A stretch of DNA of 64,000 nucleotides from Macrostomum lignano. Lineage: Eukaryota. The translations under genes were made by a program, and so were the position numbers. Position 1 is the stretch's first letter; each line of letters opens with the position of its first letter. Shown piece after piece: positions 48,991-60,143 of the stretch. The stretch is taken from contig NIVC01001215.1 in assembly GCA_002269645.1 (NCBI GenBank), positions 210,022-274,021 on the forward strand, given 5' to 3'. The notes below the pieces were generated by a model. That model searched no databases, was not told the DNA's origin, and worked only from the letters and a program-made list of their open reading frames with translations.

Positions 48991-49489
48991 ACTGGCCGGG
49001 CGGCCGCTGGGGTACTCGGGTGTCGGACGTAGTTGCTGGCCCATGTTAGTTTCTTTTTTCTCTCTGCTGGTTGCTTTTATTTTGCCGTCAATTGTTGGCT
49101 CTTTTCCTCTGCGAGCTCTCAGTGTCGGGCCTTGCAGCGGCGAACGCTTTAATATCCCAGCCTGTTGCTATGGCGGATGGGGACTCGGGCCCGGGTTCGC
49201 TGACAAACCAGCGGCTTGATTTTTGTTTTTTAATGCGACAAACAGTTTCTTATGCTGCACCGTTTCAAATTCGTGTTCAATTATTGAATTTTAGCCGACA
49301 AATTCTCTTAATGTCCGATTTCTGCAGAGCCGCCTGTCTCAATTGAACTTTTATGAACCTTTTTGTTTTACTGCGTTATGTACTTTTATGATTGCGCGCT
49401 GGGCGGCTCTCTGGGCCCCAGAACTCACCATTATTGATTCTGAGCTGCACCTGTGCACCCGTGCTGCCCAGGCCTTGTGCTGTCTGTCT

Positions 49490-49662
49490 TCATGTCCGTC
49501 TCCGCCTGTCCGCCATGCCCCAACCTGTCTGTCTCCGCCTGTCCGCCATGCCCCAACCTGTCTGTCTCCGCCTGTCCGCCATGCCCCAACCTGTCTGTCT
49601 CCGCCTGTCCGCCATGCCCCAACCTGTCTGTCTCCGCCTGTCCGCCATGCCCCAACCTGTCT
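49490..49662. repeat. 33-bp repeat, ~5 copies, downstream of the CK1 stop
   Basis: GTCTGTCTCCGCCTGTCCGCCATGCCCCAACCT units. Confidence 0.9.
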
Positions 49663-50124
49663 ATTTGAGCAGCACCAGTTAAATAGGCTGATTCGCGCTA
49701 CCTTTATTTGCTTATTACAATATATCTATTTACCTGTGTATTCATCCGTGTTGCTGCCTGTTGGATGTTTGCTAATTTAATTACAATTTTAATAGTGAAA
49801 TTAGAAATGAAAAATAAGTGGCGCTATCGCAGCATGCTACTGGCCAGTAGGCGGCAGCGAGTTCTGCTACAATTTAATTATTATGAAGCCTCCCAGATGT
49901 AAATTGAATTCCCTGTGCCGGGCCGTCTGAATTCGATGTTGGCCGCCGTTTAGCTTGGGTTCGGCAGGCCCCAGCGCAGCCTGAATTGCATAAACAGTAG
50001 CTGTAATCACAATTATAATAATAACCATCGCTTTGCGATTGTGCGGCGGTAATTATCACCTGCTCAACTGGCCGATGGGCTGCTCTGGCTTGTCCAATTT
50101 CGCTTATTTATTTCCAAAACTGGA

Positions 50125-52036
50125 CTGCAGCCTATTGCAGTGGCAACTGCTATTTTTTCTCACACTAGCAGTCTATTGCAGTGGCAATTGTGATTGGTTC
50201 TGACACTAGCAGCCTATTGCAGTGGCAATTGTGATTGGTTCTGACACTAGCAGCCTATTGCAGTGGCAATTGTGATTGGTTCTGACACTAGCAGCCTATT
50301 GCAGTGGCAATTGTGATTGGTTCTGACACTAGCAGCCTATTGCAGTGGCAATTGTGATTAGTTGTGACACTAGCAACCTATTGCAGTGGCAATGGAGGTG
50401 GTTGGTTCTGACACTAGCAGCCTATTGCAGTGGCAATGGAGGTGGTTGGTTCTGACACTAGCAGCCTATTGCAGTGGCAATGGAGGTGATTGGTTCTGAC
50501 ACTAGCAGCCTATTGCAGTGGCAATGGAGGTGGTTGGTTCTGACACTAGCAACCTATTGCAGTGGCAATGAAGGTGATTGGTTCTGACACTAGCAGCCTA
50601 TTGCAGTGGCAATGGAGGTGGTTGGTTCTGACACTAGCAGCCTATTGCAGTGGCAATGGAGGTGGTTGGTTCTGATTCTGACACTAGCAGCCTATTGCAG
50701 TGGCAATGGAGGTGGTTGGTTCTGACACTAGCAGCCTATTGCAGTGGCAATGGAGGTGGTTGGTTCTGACACTAGCAGCCTATTGCAGTGGCAATGGAGG
50801 TGATTGGTTCTGACACTAGCAGCCTATTGCAGTGGCAATGGAGGTGGTTGGTTCTGACACTAGCAGCCTATTGCAGTGGCAATGGAGGTGGTTGGTTCTG
50901 ACACTAGCAGCCTATTGCAGTGGCAATGGAGGTGGTTGGTTCTGACACTAGTAGCCTATTGCAGTGGCAATGGAGGTGATTGGTTCTGACACTAGCAGCC
51001 TATTGCAGTGGCAATGGAGGTGGTTGGTTCTGACACTAGCAGCCTATTGCAGTGGCAATGGAGGTGGTTGGTTCTGACACTAGCAGCCTATTGCAGTGGC
51101 AATGGAGGTGATTGGTTCTGACACTAGCAGCCTATTGCAGTGGCAATGGAGGTGATTGGTTCTGACACTAGCAGCCTATTGCAGTGGCAATGGAGGTGGT
51201 TGGTTCTGACACTAGCAGCCTATTGCAGTGGCAATGGAGGTGGTTGGTTCTGACACTAGCAGCCTATTGCAGTGGCAATGGAGGTGGTTGGTTCTGACAC
51301 TAGTAGCCTATTGCAGTGGCAATGGAGGTGATTGGTTCTGACACTAGCAGCCTATTGCAGTGGCAATGGAGGTGGTTGGTTCTGACACTAGCAGCCTATT
51401 GCAGTGGCAATGGAGGTGATTGGTTCTGACACTAGCAGCCTATTGCAGTGGCAATGGAGGTGGTTGGTTCTGACACTAGTAGCCTATTGCAGTGGCAATG
51501 GAGGTGATTGGTTCTGACACTAGCAGCCTATTGCAGTGGCAATGGAGGTGATTGGTTCTGACACTAGCAGCCTATTGCAGTGGCAATGGAGGTGGTTGGT
51601 TCTGACACTAGCAGCCTATTGCAGTGGCAATGGAGGTGGTTGGTTCTGATTCTGACACTAGCAGCCTATTGCAGTGGCAATGGAGGTGGTTGGTTCTGAC
51701 ACTAGCAGCCTATTGCAGTGGCAATGGAGGTGGTTGGTTCTGACACTAGCAGCCTATTGCAGTGGCAATGGAGGTGATTGGTTCTGACACTAGCAGCCTA
51801 TTGCAGTGGCAATGGAGGTGGTTGGTTCTGACACTAGCAGCCTATTGCAGTGGCAATGGAGGTGGTTGGTTCTGACACTAGCAGCCTATTGCAGTGGCAA
51901 TGGAGGTGGTTGGTTCTGACACTAGCAGCCTATTGCAGTGGCAATGGAGGTGGTTGGTTCTGACACTAGCAGCCTATTGCAGTGGCAATGGAGGTGGTTG
52001 GTTCTGACACTAGCAGCCTATTGCAGTGGCAATGGA
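50125..52036. repeat. 44-bp minisatellite, ~43 copies (GCAGCCTATTGCAGTGGCAATGGAGGTGGTTGGTTCTGACACTA)
   Basis: Period 44 checked. The first units are a distinct AATTGTGATT variant. Confidence 0.97.
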
Positions 52037-53169
52037 GAAATGACGACTGAAGATAAAATTTCATGAAACTTCTTTTTTCTACGAGTATTTATCGTATCAC
52101 CAGTTAGGGCCCGATGATGTGACAATTAAGGACAGAAAAACTACAAGTAGTGCGAACGCGCATCGTCGCTCTATTATTGAGAAAGGGGAGACATTCGTGT
52201 GAATGGCCTACTGTACAATCAACGCACGCGAAGTTGAAGCAGGCAGCAAAAAGTGGGTGTCGAGTTAGCCTGGGGGATTTGCCGCTCCCAGCCAGAAATT
52301 GGCCAGTTTGTTGTGGCAAGGAAAGCTGAGGAATTGCTTTTGACTCAAATCCAGATCCCCTAAGCCGCGGCCCACCGACAGAACTGGCTGCGAGACCCGC
52401 TATTTATGCCTTACCGGTCTGCATTAGTGCAACTTAACTGATGCTTATGCTTAAAATAAGCCATTGCGTGCATACTACTCTACTAGTGTAAGTAGAAATA
52501 TTAAACCATTGCGTATTTTTACTGTAAAAAAGCTGAAAATTGTAGCACATCATGTAGGCAATTCCCAATGAACGAATTTGCGGCTTGGTTCTGACTGCAG
52601 ATTATCAGCTTCAATCTACAGAGGCCGCTCCTGGCTCATCAGTTCTTAGAATTTTTTCCTGATCCTCTTGGTCCGCAGCCCACCAGTGGAAGCCGGCATC
52701 ACGATCTGGCGGTTGAATTTCACGCAGTAAACTCGCCAGTTGCGCACTACATGTGAGTGTACTACTCAGTACAGAATTACTCGTAATGAATCTCTATTCT
52801 TTAAATGAATCATAAATCATCTCTGCTGCATGACAGTTGCATGATATGTCTCTTGTCCATGCAGTCTCATATTGCATACAGAATCCCATGTGAGGAATTC
52901 GATAGTCAAATTTGTCTATGTTTGACAATCGAGACTCAATCAGAGCTCAATGTTGAATTTCCTGCATTGAGTTCTGCCAATCTTCATCAGGACACAAATT
53001 TAACTTGAGTTCTCGCTTCAGTGAGCAGCTCAGTCCTTTCCGTAAATAATCTGACGAAGTCGACGGCATCAGGTGAGTTTTATTGATAATTTTGTTTCCG
53101 GAGTGCGGCTCATTAACATAAAAATGTAATTATGGCCAAAATACATTTAACTTGCATGTGAATGATAAG

Positions 53170-54020
53170 CCAGTTAGCCAACCTGCAACCACCTGCCAAT
53201 CAATAATTCATAATGCATTCTTTGGACTCGAGTCTTAAACCTAAGCGGCCAGATAGAGAACCAGGAGAACCAATCTTGACTCTTCCTTTTTTGGGCAACT
53301 CTTCGATTGTGTTTAAGAGGCAAATTCGCAAAACTTGCCAAAAATTCTTTAAGACTAAGATTCATGTAGTGTTCCGTACTCATAAAGTCAGTCAATTTGT
53401 TGGGAGTTTAAAGTCTCGTGTTCCATGTGCTCTCAAGGCAGGTGTCATCTATCGTTTTCGTTGCTCTGTTGACCAGAGCATTACCTACATTGGTAAAACC
53501 AAGCGACACCTACTCACGAGAGCCAAGGAACATAGGCAACGAAACTCTCCGATTCATGAACATTTGCTGCAATGCCATGGTTGTTGTGATGAGCCAGACA
53601 TAACCTCTCATTTCAAGGTCATAGACAACAGCAAAAATGAGCATAAACTTAACATTCTTGAAGCTCTGCACATTAAGTTACACAAACCCACTCTCAATGT
53701 CCAACTATCTGGAGGAGGTGCGAGTGAACAGCTGTTGGTGTTCTAAGCTAGAGTACATTTGGGGCGCATACGCCTCATTCTCTCTCTCTCTCTCTCTTTT
53801 TTCTCTGTCCTGTCATTCCACAAAAAATATTATGAACATTGCTATACTGTACATTGATCCTTTAGTCCTTTTATATCTTTTCAATACCTGATTTTGTCGT
53901 CTACACAGTATTTAATAGGTTGAAATAAATTCTGTTCGATAGTGCCTGAAGATGGCTAGTTTTAGCCGAAACGCGTCGCAAATAATATTGAGTTTTGTCT
54001 TACCATCAAAAACGTCTCAA
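53170..54020 (+). mobile_element. 5'-truncated Penelope-like retroelement (GIY-YIG endonuclease ORF 53213-53746 plus 3' terminal region)
   Basis: LTLPFLG (post-RT linker), GVIYRFRCS...YIGKTKRHLLTRAKEH...SPIHEH...HFKVI...LNILEALHIKLHKPTLNVQ is the PLE-type GIY-YIG. No RT domain is visible upstream. Hammerhead motif downstream. Confidence 0.88.
53943..53980 (+). ncRNA. Minimal type I hammerhead ribozyme of the Penelope-like element
   Basis: CUGAAGA 53946-53952, extra U, helix II GGCUA/UAGCC with GUUU loop, GAAAC 53968-53972, palindromic ACGCGU helix III, GUC cleavage triplet 53975-53977, 3-bp helix I UGC/GCA. Confidence 0.8.
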
Positions 54021-54052
54021 TTAAATGATGATAATTCAGCACAAGGCTTCCA

Positions 54053-54610
54053 CCATGACATACATGGCTTCTCTATGACACACATGGCTTCTCTATGACA
54101 CACGCGGCTCCCCCCATGACACACGGCCTCCTCTATGACACGCGGCTCCCTCCATGACACACGTACACGGCCTCTTCTATGACACACACGGCCTCTTCTA
54201 TGACACACACGGCCTTCTATATGACAGAAACTTCTATGCCACACATGGCCTTCTCTATGACACACAAGGCCTCTTCTATGACACACACGGCTCCCTCCAT
54301 GACACACATGGCCTCCTCTATGACACACAAGGCCTCTTCTATGACACACGTACGGCTCCCCCAATGACGCATACGGCTCCTCTAAGACACGCAGGTCCTC
54401 CATAATACATGCGGCTCCCACCATAACACACACGGCCTCTTCTATGCCCACTCTGACACTATGCCCTCTCACACTGCCCCCGCTATGACTCACACTGCCC
54501 CCGCAATGACTCACACTGCCCCAGCTATGACTCACACTGCCCCGCTATGACTCACACTGCCCCAGCTATGACTCACACTGTCCCAGCTATGACTCACACT
54601 GCCCCGCTAT
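54053..54610. repeat. Two adjacent 19-21-bp minisatellites (ATGACACACGGCCTCTTCT; CTATGACTCACACTGCCCCAG)
   Basis: Degenerate tandem units. Confidence 0.85.
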
Positions 54611-54683
54611 GTCTCACCCTTCTCTCTCTGTTACTCAAACGGCTGCCACCATGACGCTCGCAGCCCGCGATCCCCCAAGCCAG

Positions 54684-55031
54684 GCATGTCGGGCGGCTCC
54701 CTCCAGGGCGGCCAGTCCAGAAGCGATTCGGCCTCGACGTCGCTCGGTGGTGCCGACACCAGCGGCGACAACGGCGAGGACGGCGGCGGCGGCGGTGGCA
54801 GTAGCGGCCATCCCACCGGCATTCGTCGAGTCGGCCAGCACCAGAAGGTGCGCCTCTGGCTCAGCAACTTCTGCGACAGCCGGAGTCTCTCGAAGTCGGC
54901 GCCCTCGGCTTCCATGGCCTTGGCGGACTCGAACTCGCTGATCACCTGGCGCCGGCTGGGCCTGCGAAGCGCCGGGGCCCCGGCCTTCGACGACAGCGGC
55001 ACCTTCTCGGCCGACTCTGGCGCCTTTGCTG
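54684..55031 (+). CDS. Uncharacterised protein, Ser/Gly-rich exon (5' end of the gene uncertain)
   Basis: Strongly GC3-biased frame MSGGSLQGGQSRSDS...QHQKVRLWLSNFCD...SGAFA. Acceptor CCAG|GC (phase 1) or CTCGCAG|C 54664 (phase 2). Donor GCTG|GTGATT, phase 1. Confidence 0.65.
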
Positions 55032-55044
55032 GTGATTCACCATT

Positions 55045-56466
55045 CATCAACATTTATTATACCATTCACCATTATTAATCAACATTCACTATCATTCACC
55101 ATCGTTCACCAATATTCACCATAATTCACTAATATTTACCATAATTCACCAATTCACTATTCAGTGTCATTCATAATCATTCATTACCATTCATTGTCAT
55201 TCACCACCATTCACCACCATTCACCACCATTCAAAACCATTCACCACCATTCACCACCATTCAAAACCATTCACCACCATTCACTACCATTCACTACCAT
55301 TCACCACCATTCAAAACCATTCACCATTCACTACCATTCACAACTATTCACAACCATTCACCACCATTCACTACCATTCACTACCATTCACAACTATTCA
55401 CTACCATTCACTACCATTCACAACTATTCACAACCATTCACCACCATTCACCACCATTCACAACCATTCACCACCATTCACTACCATTCACTACCATTCA
55501 CAACTATTCACAACTATTCACAACCATTCACCACCATTCACCACCATTCACAACCATTCACAACCATTCACCACCATTCACTACCATTCACTACCATTCA
55601 CAACTATTCACTACCATTCACTACCATTCACAACTATTCACAACCATTCACCACCATTCACCACCATTCACAACCATTCACCACCATTCACTACCATTCA
55701 CTACCATTCACAACTATTCACTACTATTCACTACCATTCACAACTATTCACAACCATTCACCACCATTCACCACCATTCACAACCATTCACAACCATTCA
55801 CCACCATTCACCACCCTTCACCACCATTCAAAACCATTCACAACCATTCACAACCATTCACAACCATTCACCACCATCCACAACCATCCACAACCATTCA
55901 AAACCATTCACCACCCTTCACCACCATCCACAACCATTCACCACCATTCACCACCATTCACTACCATTCACTACCATTCAAAACCATTCACAACCATCCA
56001 CAACCATTCACCACCATTCACTACCATTCACAACCATTCACCACCATTCAAAACCATTCACAACGATCCACAACCATTCACCACCATTCACTACCATCCA
56101 CAACCATCCAAAACCATCCACAACCATTCACCACCATCCACAACCATCCAAAACCATCCACAACCATTCACCACCATCCACAACCATTCACCACCATCCA
56201 CAACCATTCACCACCATCAACAACCATTCACAATCATTCACAACCATCCACAACCATTCACTACCATTCAAAACCATTCACCACCAGTCACCACCATCCA
56301 CAACCATTCACCACCATCCACAACCATTCACTACCATTCAAAACCATTCACCACCCTTCACCACCATCCACAACCATTCACCACCATCCACAACCATTCA
56401 CTACCATTCAAAACCATTCACCACCCTTCACCACCATCCACAACCATTCACCACCATTCACTACCA
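55045..56466. repeat. 10-bp minisatellite (CACCATTCAC/CAACCATTCA/CTACCATTCA family)
   Basis: Direct reading. It explains ORF 55164-56723. Confidence 0.95.
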
Positions 56467-56505
56467 TGCAACCCCGCCGACTCCCCGAGCCCCGCAGACT
56501 CGCAG

Positions 56506-56589
56506 CAGCCGCGGTCCCGCTGCTCAACTGTCCGAAGCAGCCTGCAGCTGCGCAGGCCCAGAGCCGCGAACCCCAGAAGCCCGAGGTCG
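56506..56589 (+). CDS. Uncharacterised protein, candidate small exon
   Basis: Acceptor CTCGCAG|CA, phase 1. AAVPLLNCPKQPAAAQAQSREPQKPEV (GC3-rich). Donor GTCG|GTGAGT, phase 1. Confidence 0.45.
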
Positions 56590-56831
56590 GTGAGTGGCCG
56601 CACTGGCTGAGACTCAAATCGATTCCACTGACGTGGCGAATCCCAAATTTTACTCTCTGCTTTCAGTCAACCAGCAACTTGACTGCCAGGGGCTCGGCCT
56701 GTGAGTATTTTACTAGAAACTAAAGCTGACGCAGGTTTCAAACCTGAAAGCCTTTGAAAACTTCAGGAGTTTCAGACACTTCAAGATCTGCAAAGTGTGA
56801 GCTTTGTGTGCCTTTTTGTCAACATTTCAGC

Positions 56832-56911
56832 CGCTCGAACCTCCTTGAACCGGCTGCTGCTGAACCGGCTGAGTCTGCTGAGCAACTCGACACCCACCCC
56901 AGAGCTGGGAG
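56832..56911 (+). CDS. Uncharacterised protein, candidate small exon
   Basis: Acceptor CATTTCAG|CC, phase 1. ARTSLNRLLLNRLSLLSNSTPTPELG. Donor GGAG|GTCAGC, phase 1 (weak). Confidence 0.35.
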
Positions 56912-56974
56912 GTCAGCATCCCCCCCCCTGCTTCAGTGTGCCGTTGTCCTCAGTAGGACTGTGACTGACTGAAT

Positions 56975-57538
56975 GAGCATGCAGTGCAGTGTGCTCACCG
57001 TGTGAGAGAGTGCATGCCCCAGAGTGCAGTGCAGTGTGCTCACCGTGTGAGAGAGTGCATGCCCCAGAGTGCAGTGCAGTGTGCTCACCGTGTGAGAGAG
57101 TGCATGCCCCAGAGTGCAGTGCAGTGTGCTCACCGTGTGAGAGAGTGCATGCCCCAGAGTGCAGTGCAGTGTGCTCACCAGTGTGAGAGAGTGCATGCCC
57201 CAGAGTGCTCACCCGTGAGAGAGTGCATGCCCCAGAGTGCAGTGCAGTGTGCTCACCCGTGTGAGAGAGTGCATGCCCCAGAGTGCTCACCCGTGAGAGA
57301 GTGCATGCCCCAGAGTGCAGTGCAGTGTGCTCACCCGTGAGAGAGTGCATGCCCCAGAGTGCTCACCCGTGAGAGAGTGCATGCCCCAGAGTGCTCACCC
57401 GTGAGAGAGTGCATGCCCCAGAGTGCAGTGCAGTGTGCTCACCCGTGAGAGAGTGCATGCCCCAGAGTGCTCACCCGTGAGAGAGTGCATGCCCCAGAGT
57501 GCTCACCCGTGAGAGAGTGCATGCCCCAGAGTGCAGTG
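56975..57538. repeat. 45-bp minisatellite with 32-bp deletion variants (GTGTGAGAGAGTGCATGCCCCAGAGTGCAGTGCAGTGTGCTCACC)
   Basis: Period 45 checked. Confidence 0.93.
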
Positions 57539-57834
57539 AGGTGTGCGAGCCAAAAGCAAACAGTTGCCAGGCAGCTCTCAAATCCGCCGCACCCAGAATG
57601 CTACTCGGTGAATTCCGCCGAGGCCGATTGGCTGCGGCACAACTCCGAGCTGACGGCTTCGAGCGGTGGCAAACGCAGCCGGTCTACGATGCAAAGCGGC
57701 GGCAAACGCAGCCGGTCTACGATGCAAAGCGGCGGCAAACGCAGCCGGTCTACGATGCAAAGCGGCGGCACTAATAAAAAATCTGTGAGCAGTGAAAGCC
57801 CAGTTTCTGAGATTGTATTAACTCGATGCTCATT

Positions 57835-58550
57835 GCTCAATGCTCAGTTCTGTGCTCAATGCTTAGTGCTCAGTGCTCAGTGCTCAGTGCTCAATGCTTA
57901 GTGCTCAGTGCTCAGTGCTCAATGCTCAGTGCTCAATGCTTAGTTCTCAGTGCTCAATGCTTAGTGCTCAGTGCTCAGTGCTCAGTGCTCAATGCTTAGT
58001 GCTCAGTGCTCAGTGCTCAGTGCTCAATGCTCAGTGCTCAATGCTTAGTTCTCAGTGCTCAATGCTTAGTGCTCAGTTCTCAGTGCTCAATGCTTAGTGC
58101 TCAGTGCTCAATGCTTAGTGCTTAGTGCTCAGTGCTCAGTGCTCAGTTCTCAGTGCTCAATGCTTAGTGCTCAGTGCTCAATGCTTAGTGCTTAGTGCTC
58201 AGTGCTCAGTGCTCAGTTCTCAGTGCTCAATGCTTAGTGCTCAGTGCTCAATGCTTAGTGCTTAGTGCTCTGTGCTCAGTGCTCAGTTCTCAGTGCTCAA
58301 TGCTTAGTGCTTAGTGCTCTGTGCTCAGTGCTCAGTTCTCAGTGCTCAATGCTTAGTGCTCAGTTCTCAGTGCTCAATGCTTAGTGCTCAGTGCTCTGTG
58401 CTCAGTGCTCAGTGCTCAGTTCTCAATGCTTAGTGCTCAATGCTTAGTTCTCAGTTCTCAATGCTTAGTGCTCAATGCTTAGTTCTCAGTTCTCAATGCT
58501 TAGTGCTCAATGCTTAGTTCTCAGTGCTCAATGCTTAGTGCTCAGTGCTA
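57835..58550. repeat. 7-bp satellite (CTCAGTG/CTCAATG/CTTAGTG)
   Basis: Direct reading. Confidence 0.95.
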
Positions 58551-58600
58551 ATGCCCGATTCTCAGTGCTTCATACTCCATGCTCAATCAATCTTAGTCAG

Positions 58601-59008
58601 CAAAGCGGTCAACAAATCCGGAGAAGTTGTCCACAGCCGTCCGGGTGGTGAAGCCGTCGGTTGCCTCATCCGGTGAGGACGACGACGGCGGAGACGACTC
58701 TGGCACCGGCAGCACGCCCGTCAGCGAGGACCTGGTGCGCCACCCGGAGCCGTACCACGTGCGCATCCTGCCAGCTATGTGCTACCTGGTGTGGCGGCCC
58801 AACATGCTGCGCAGGGAATGCCTCATCGAACGGGGGCAGCGGGCCTACCTTAATGCTCTGCAGCCCAGCTCCCTGCCCATGCAGTACCTCATCGCTGCGG
58901 TGGCTGCCCGGCTCGACATTGAAGTGCCGCTGTTGGACAGCCAGAGGCCAGGGTATTCCCAGAGGGTGCCCAAGTTCGAATACGTATTTCGATGGCACAC
59001 GCCTAATG
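58601..59008 (+). CDS. Uncharacterised protein, exon encoding most of a folded domain (ubiquitin/DCX-like guess)
   Basis: Phase-1 acceptors at 58600 or 58636. LVRHPEPYHVRILPAMCYLVWRPN...MQYLIAAVAARLDIEV...EYVFRWHTPN. Donor AATG|GTGAGA, phase 1. Confidence 0.7.
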
Positions 59009-59067
59009 GTGAGACTTGAAACATGCATCACAAAGTCCGCATACATGTACGATCGTATCACGGCTCC

Positions 59068-59630
59068 GCTCTCTCCAACACCCACCCTCCGCTCTCCCCA
59101 ACACCCACCCTCCGCTCTCCCCAACACCCACCCTCCGCTCTCCCAACACCCACCCTCCGCTCTCCCCAACACCCACCCTCCGCTCTCTCCAACACCCACC
59201 CTCCGCTCTCCCCAACACCCACCCTCCGCTCTCCCAACACCCACCCTCCGCTCTCCCCAACACCCACCCTCCGCTCTCCCCAACACCCACCCTCCGCTCT
59301 CCCCAACACCCACCCTCCGCTCTCCCCAACACCCACCCTCCGCTCTCTCCAACACCCACCCTCCGCTCTCCCCAACACCCACCCTCCGCTCTCCCCAACA
59401 CCCACCCTCCGCTCTCCCCAACACCCACCCTCCGCTCTCCCCAACACCCACCCTCCGCTCTCACCAACACCCACCCTCCGCTCTCTCCAACACCCACCCT
59501 CTGCTCTTCCCAACAGCCACCCTCCGCTCTCTCCAACACCCACCCTCCGCTCTCCCTAATACCCACCCTCCGCTCTCTCCAACACCCACCCTCCGCTCTC
59601 CCTAATACCCACCCTCCGCTCTCCCCAACA
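59068..59630. repeat. 23-bp C-rich minisatellite filling the last intron (CCAACACCCACCCTCCGCTCTCC)
   Basis: Tandem units. Confidence 0.95.
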
Positions 59631-59641
59631 TCTGCACTCAG

Positions 59642-59769
59642 GCCAGCGAGTCCAGCTGACCGACCGCATCACGGACATTGACCACCCGACGGGTCAGTCC
59701 GGAGATCCGGGATCCCCAGTGCGGGTGTTCATCGCCGGGTCACCTGGCTGGCTGACCAAAGCGAAGTGA
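59642..59769 (+). CDS. Uncharacterised protein, last exon
   Basis: Acceptor CACTCAG|GC, phase 1. GQRVQLTDRITDIDHPTGQSGDPGSPVRVFIAGSPGWLTKAK, TGA 59767-59769. Confidence 0.65.
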
Positions 59770-60143
59770 GCTGCCCCAGAGACCGGCTGTCCGAGCGGGA
59801 TCAGTCGGCCAGTTTTACTCTGAGAAGTTCGCAGCGTACTTGCTGCACGAGACAGTTATTGGTTTGCAGCGAGAGCGGATTGGTTTTTATTTCCAGTAAC
59901 TATTCAAATACACCTAGCCTAGAGTAGTGAACCGAGATGCCAAGTTTTTCCTTAAACTGGATCAAGGCGTACTTTTATTACGACGAAGTAGTATATTAAA
60001 ATTTTTCCATCTTGAGTACATGGTAGATCATTTAGCCAACTAGCAATATTTGTAAACAAAGTCTTGCGCAATACAGGATGAGGGCACATTTTTAAGGGGA
60101 ATGTTACACCTTTACACAATACTCAAAAACTACTGCCACTCGG

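Noticed and set aside
49164-49177. X-box-like GTTGCTATGGCGGA downstream of CK1
   Set aside because: Only one half-site matches.
52040-52320. Possible decayed transposase fragment (FYEYLSYHQLGPDDV...)
   Set aside because: It is interrupted by stops with no recognisable catalytic motif, so it cannot be supported without a search.
53051-53075. Second hammerhead core (CTGACGA) upstream of the Penelope-like ORF
   Set aside because: There is no helix II followed by GAAA. The segment is better read as a possible exon end (CAG|GTGAGT).
54631-55053. Protein-like minus-strand ORF (MLMNGESPAKAPES...)
   Set aside because: It is the antisense shadow of a GC3-rich + strand exon; codon bias and splice sites favour the + strand. 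The same applies to antisense ORFs over Kv2, PFK and CK1 exons.
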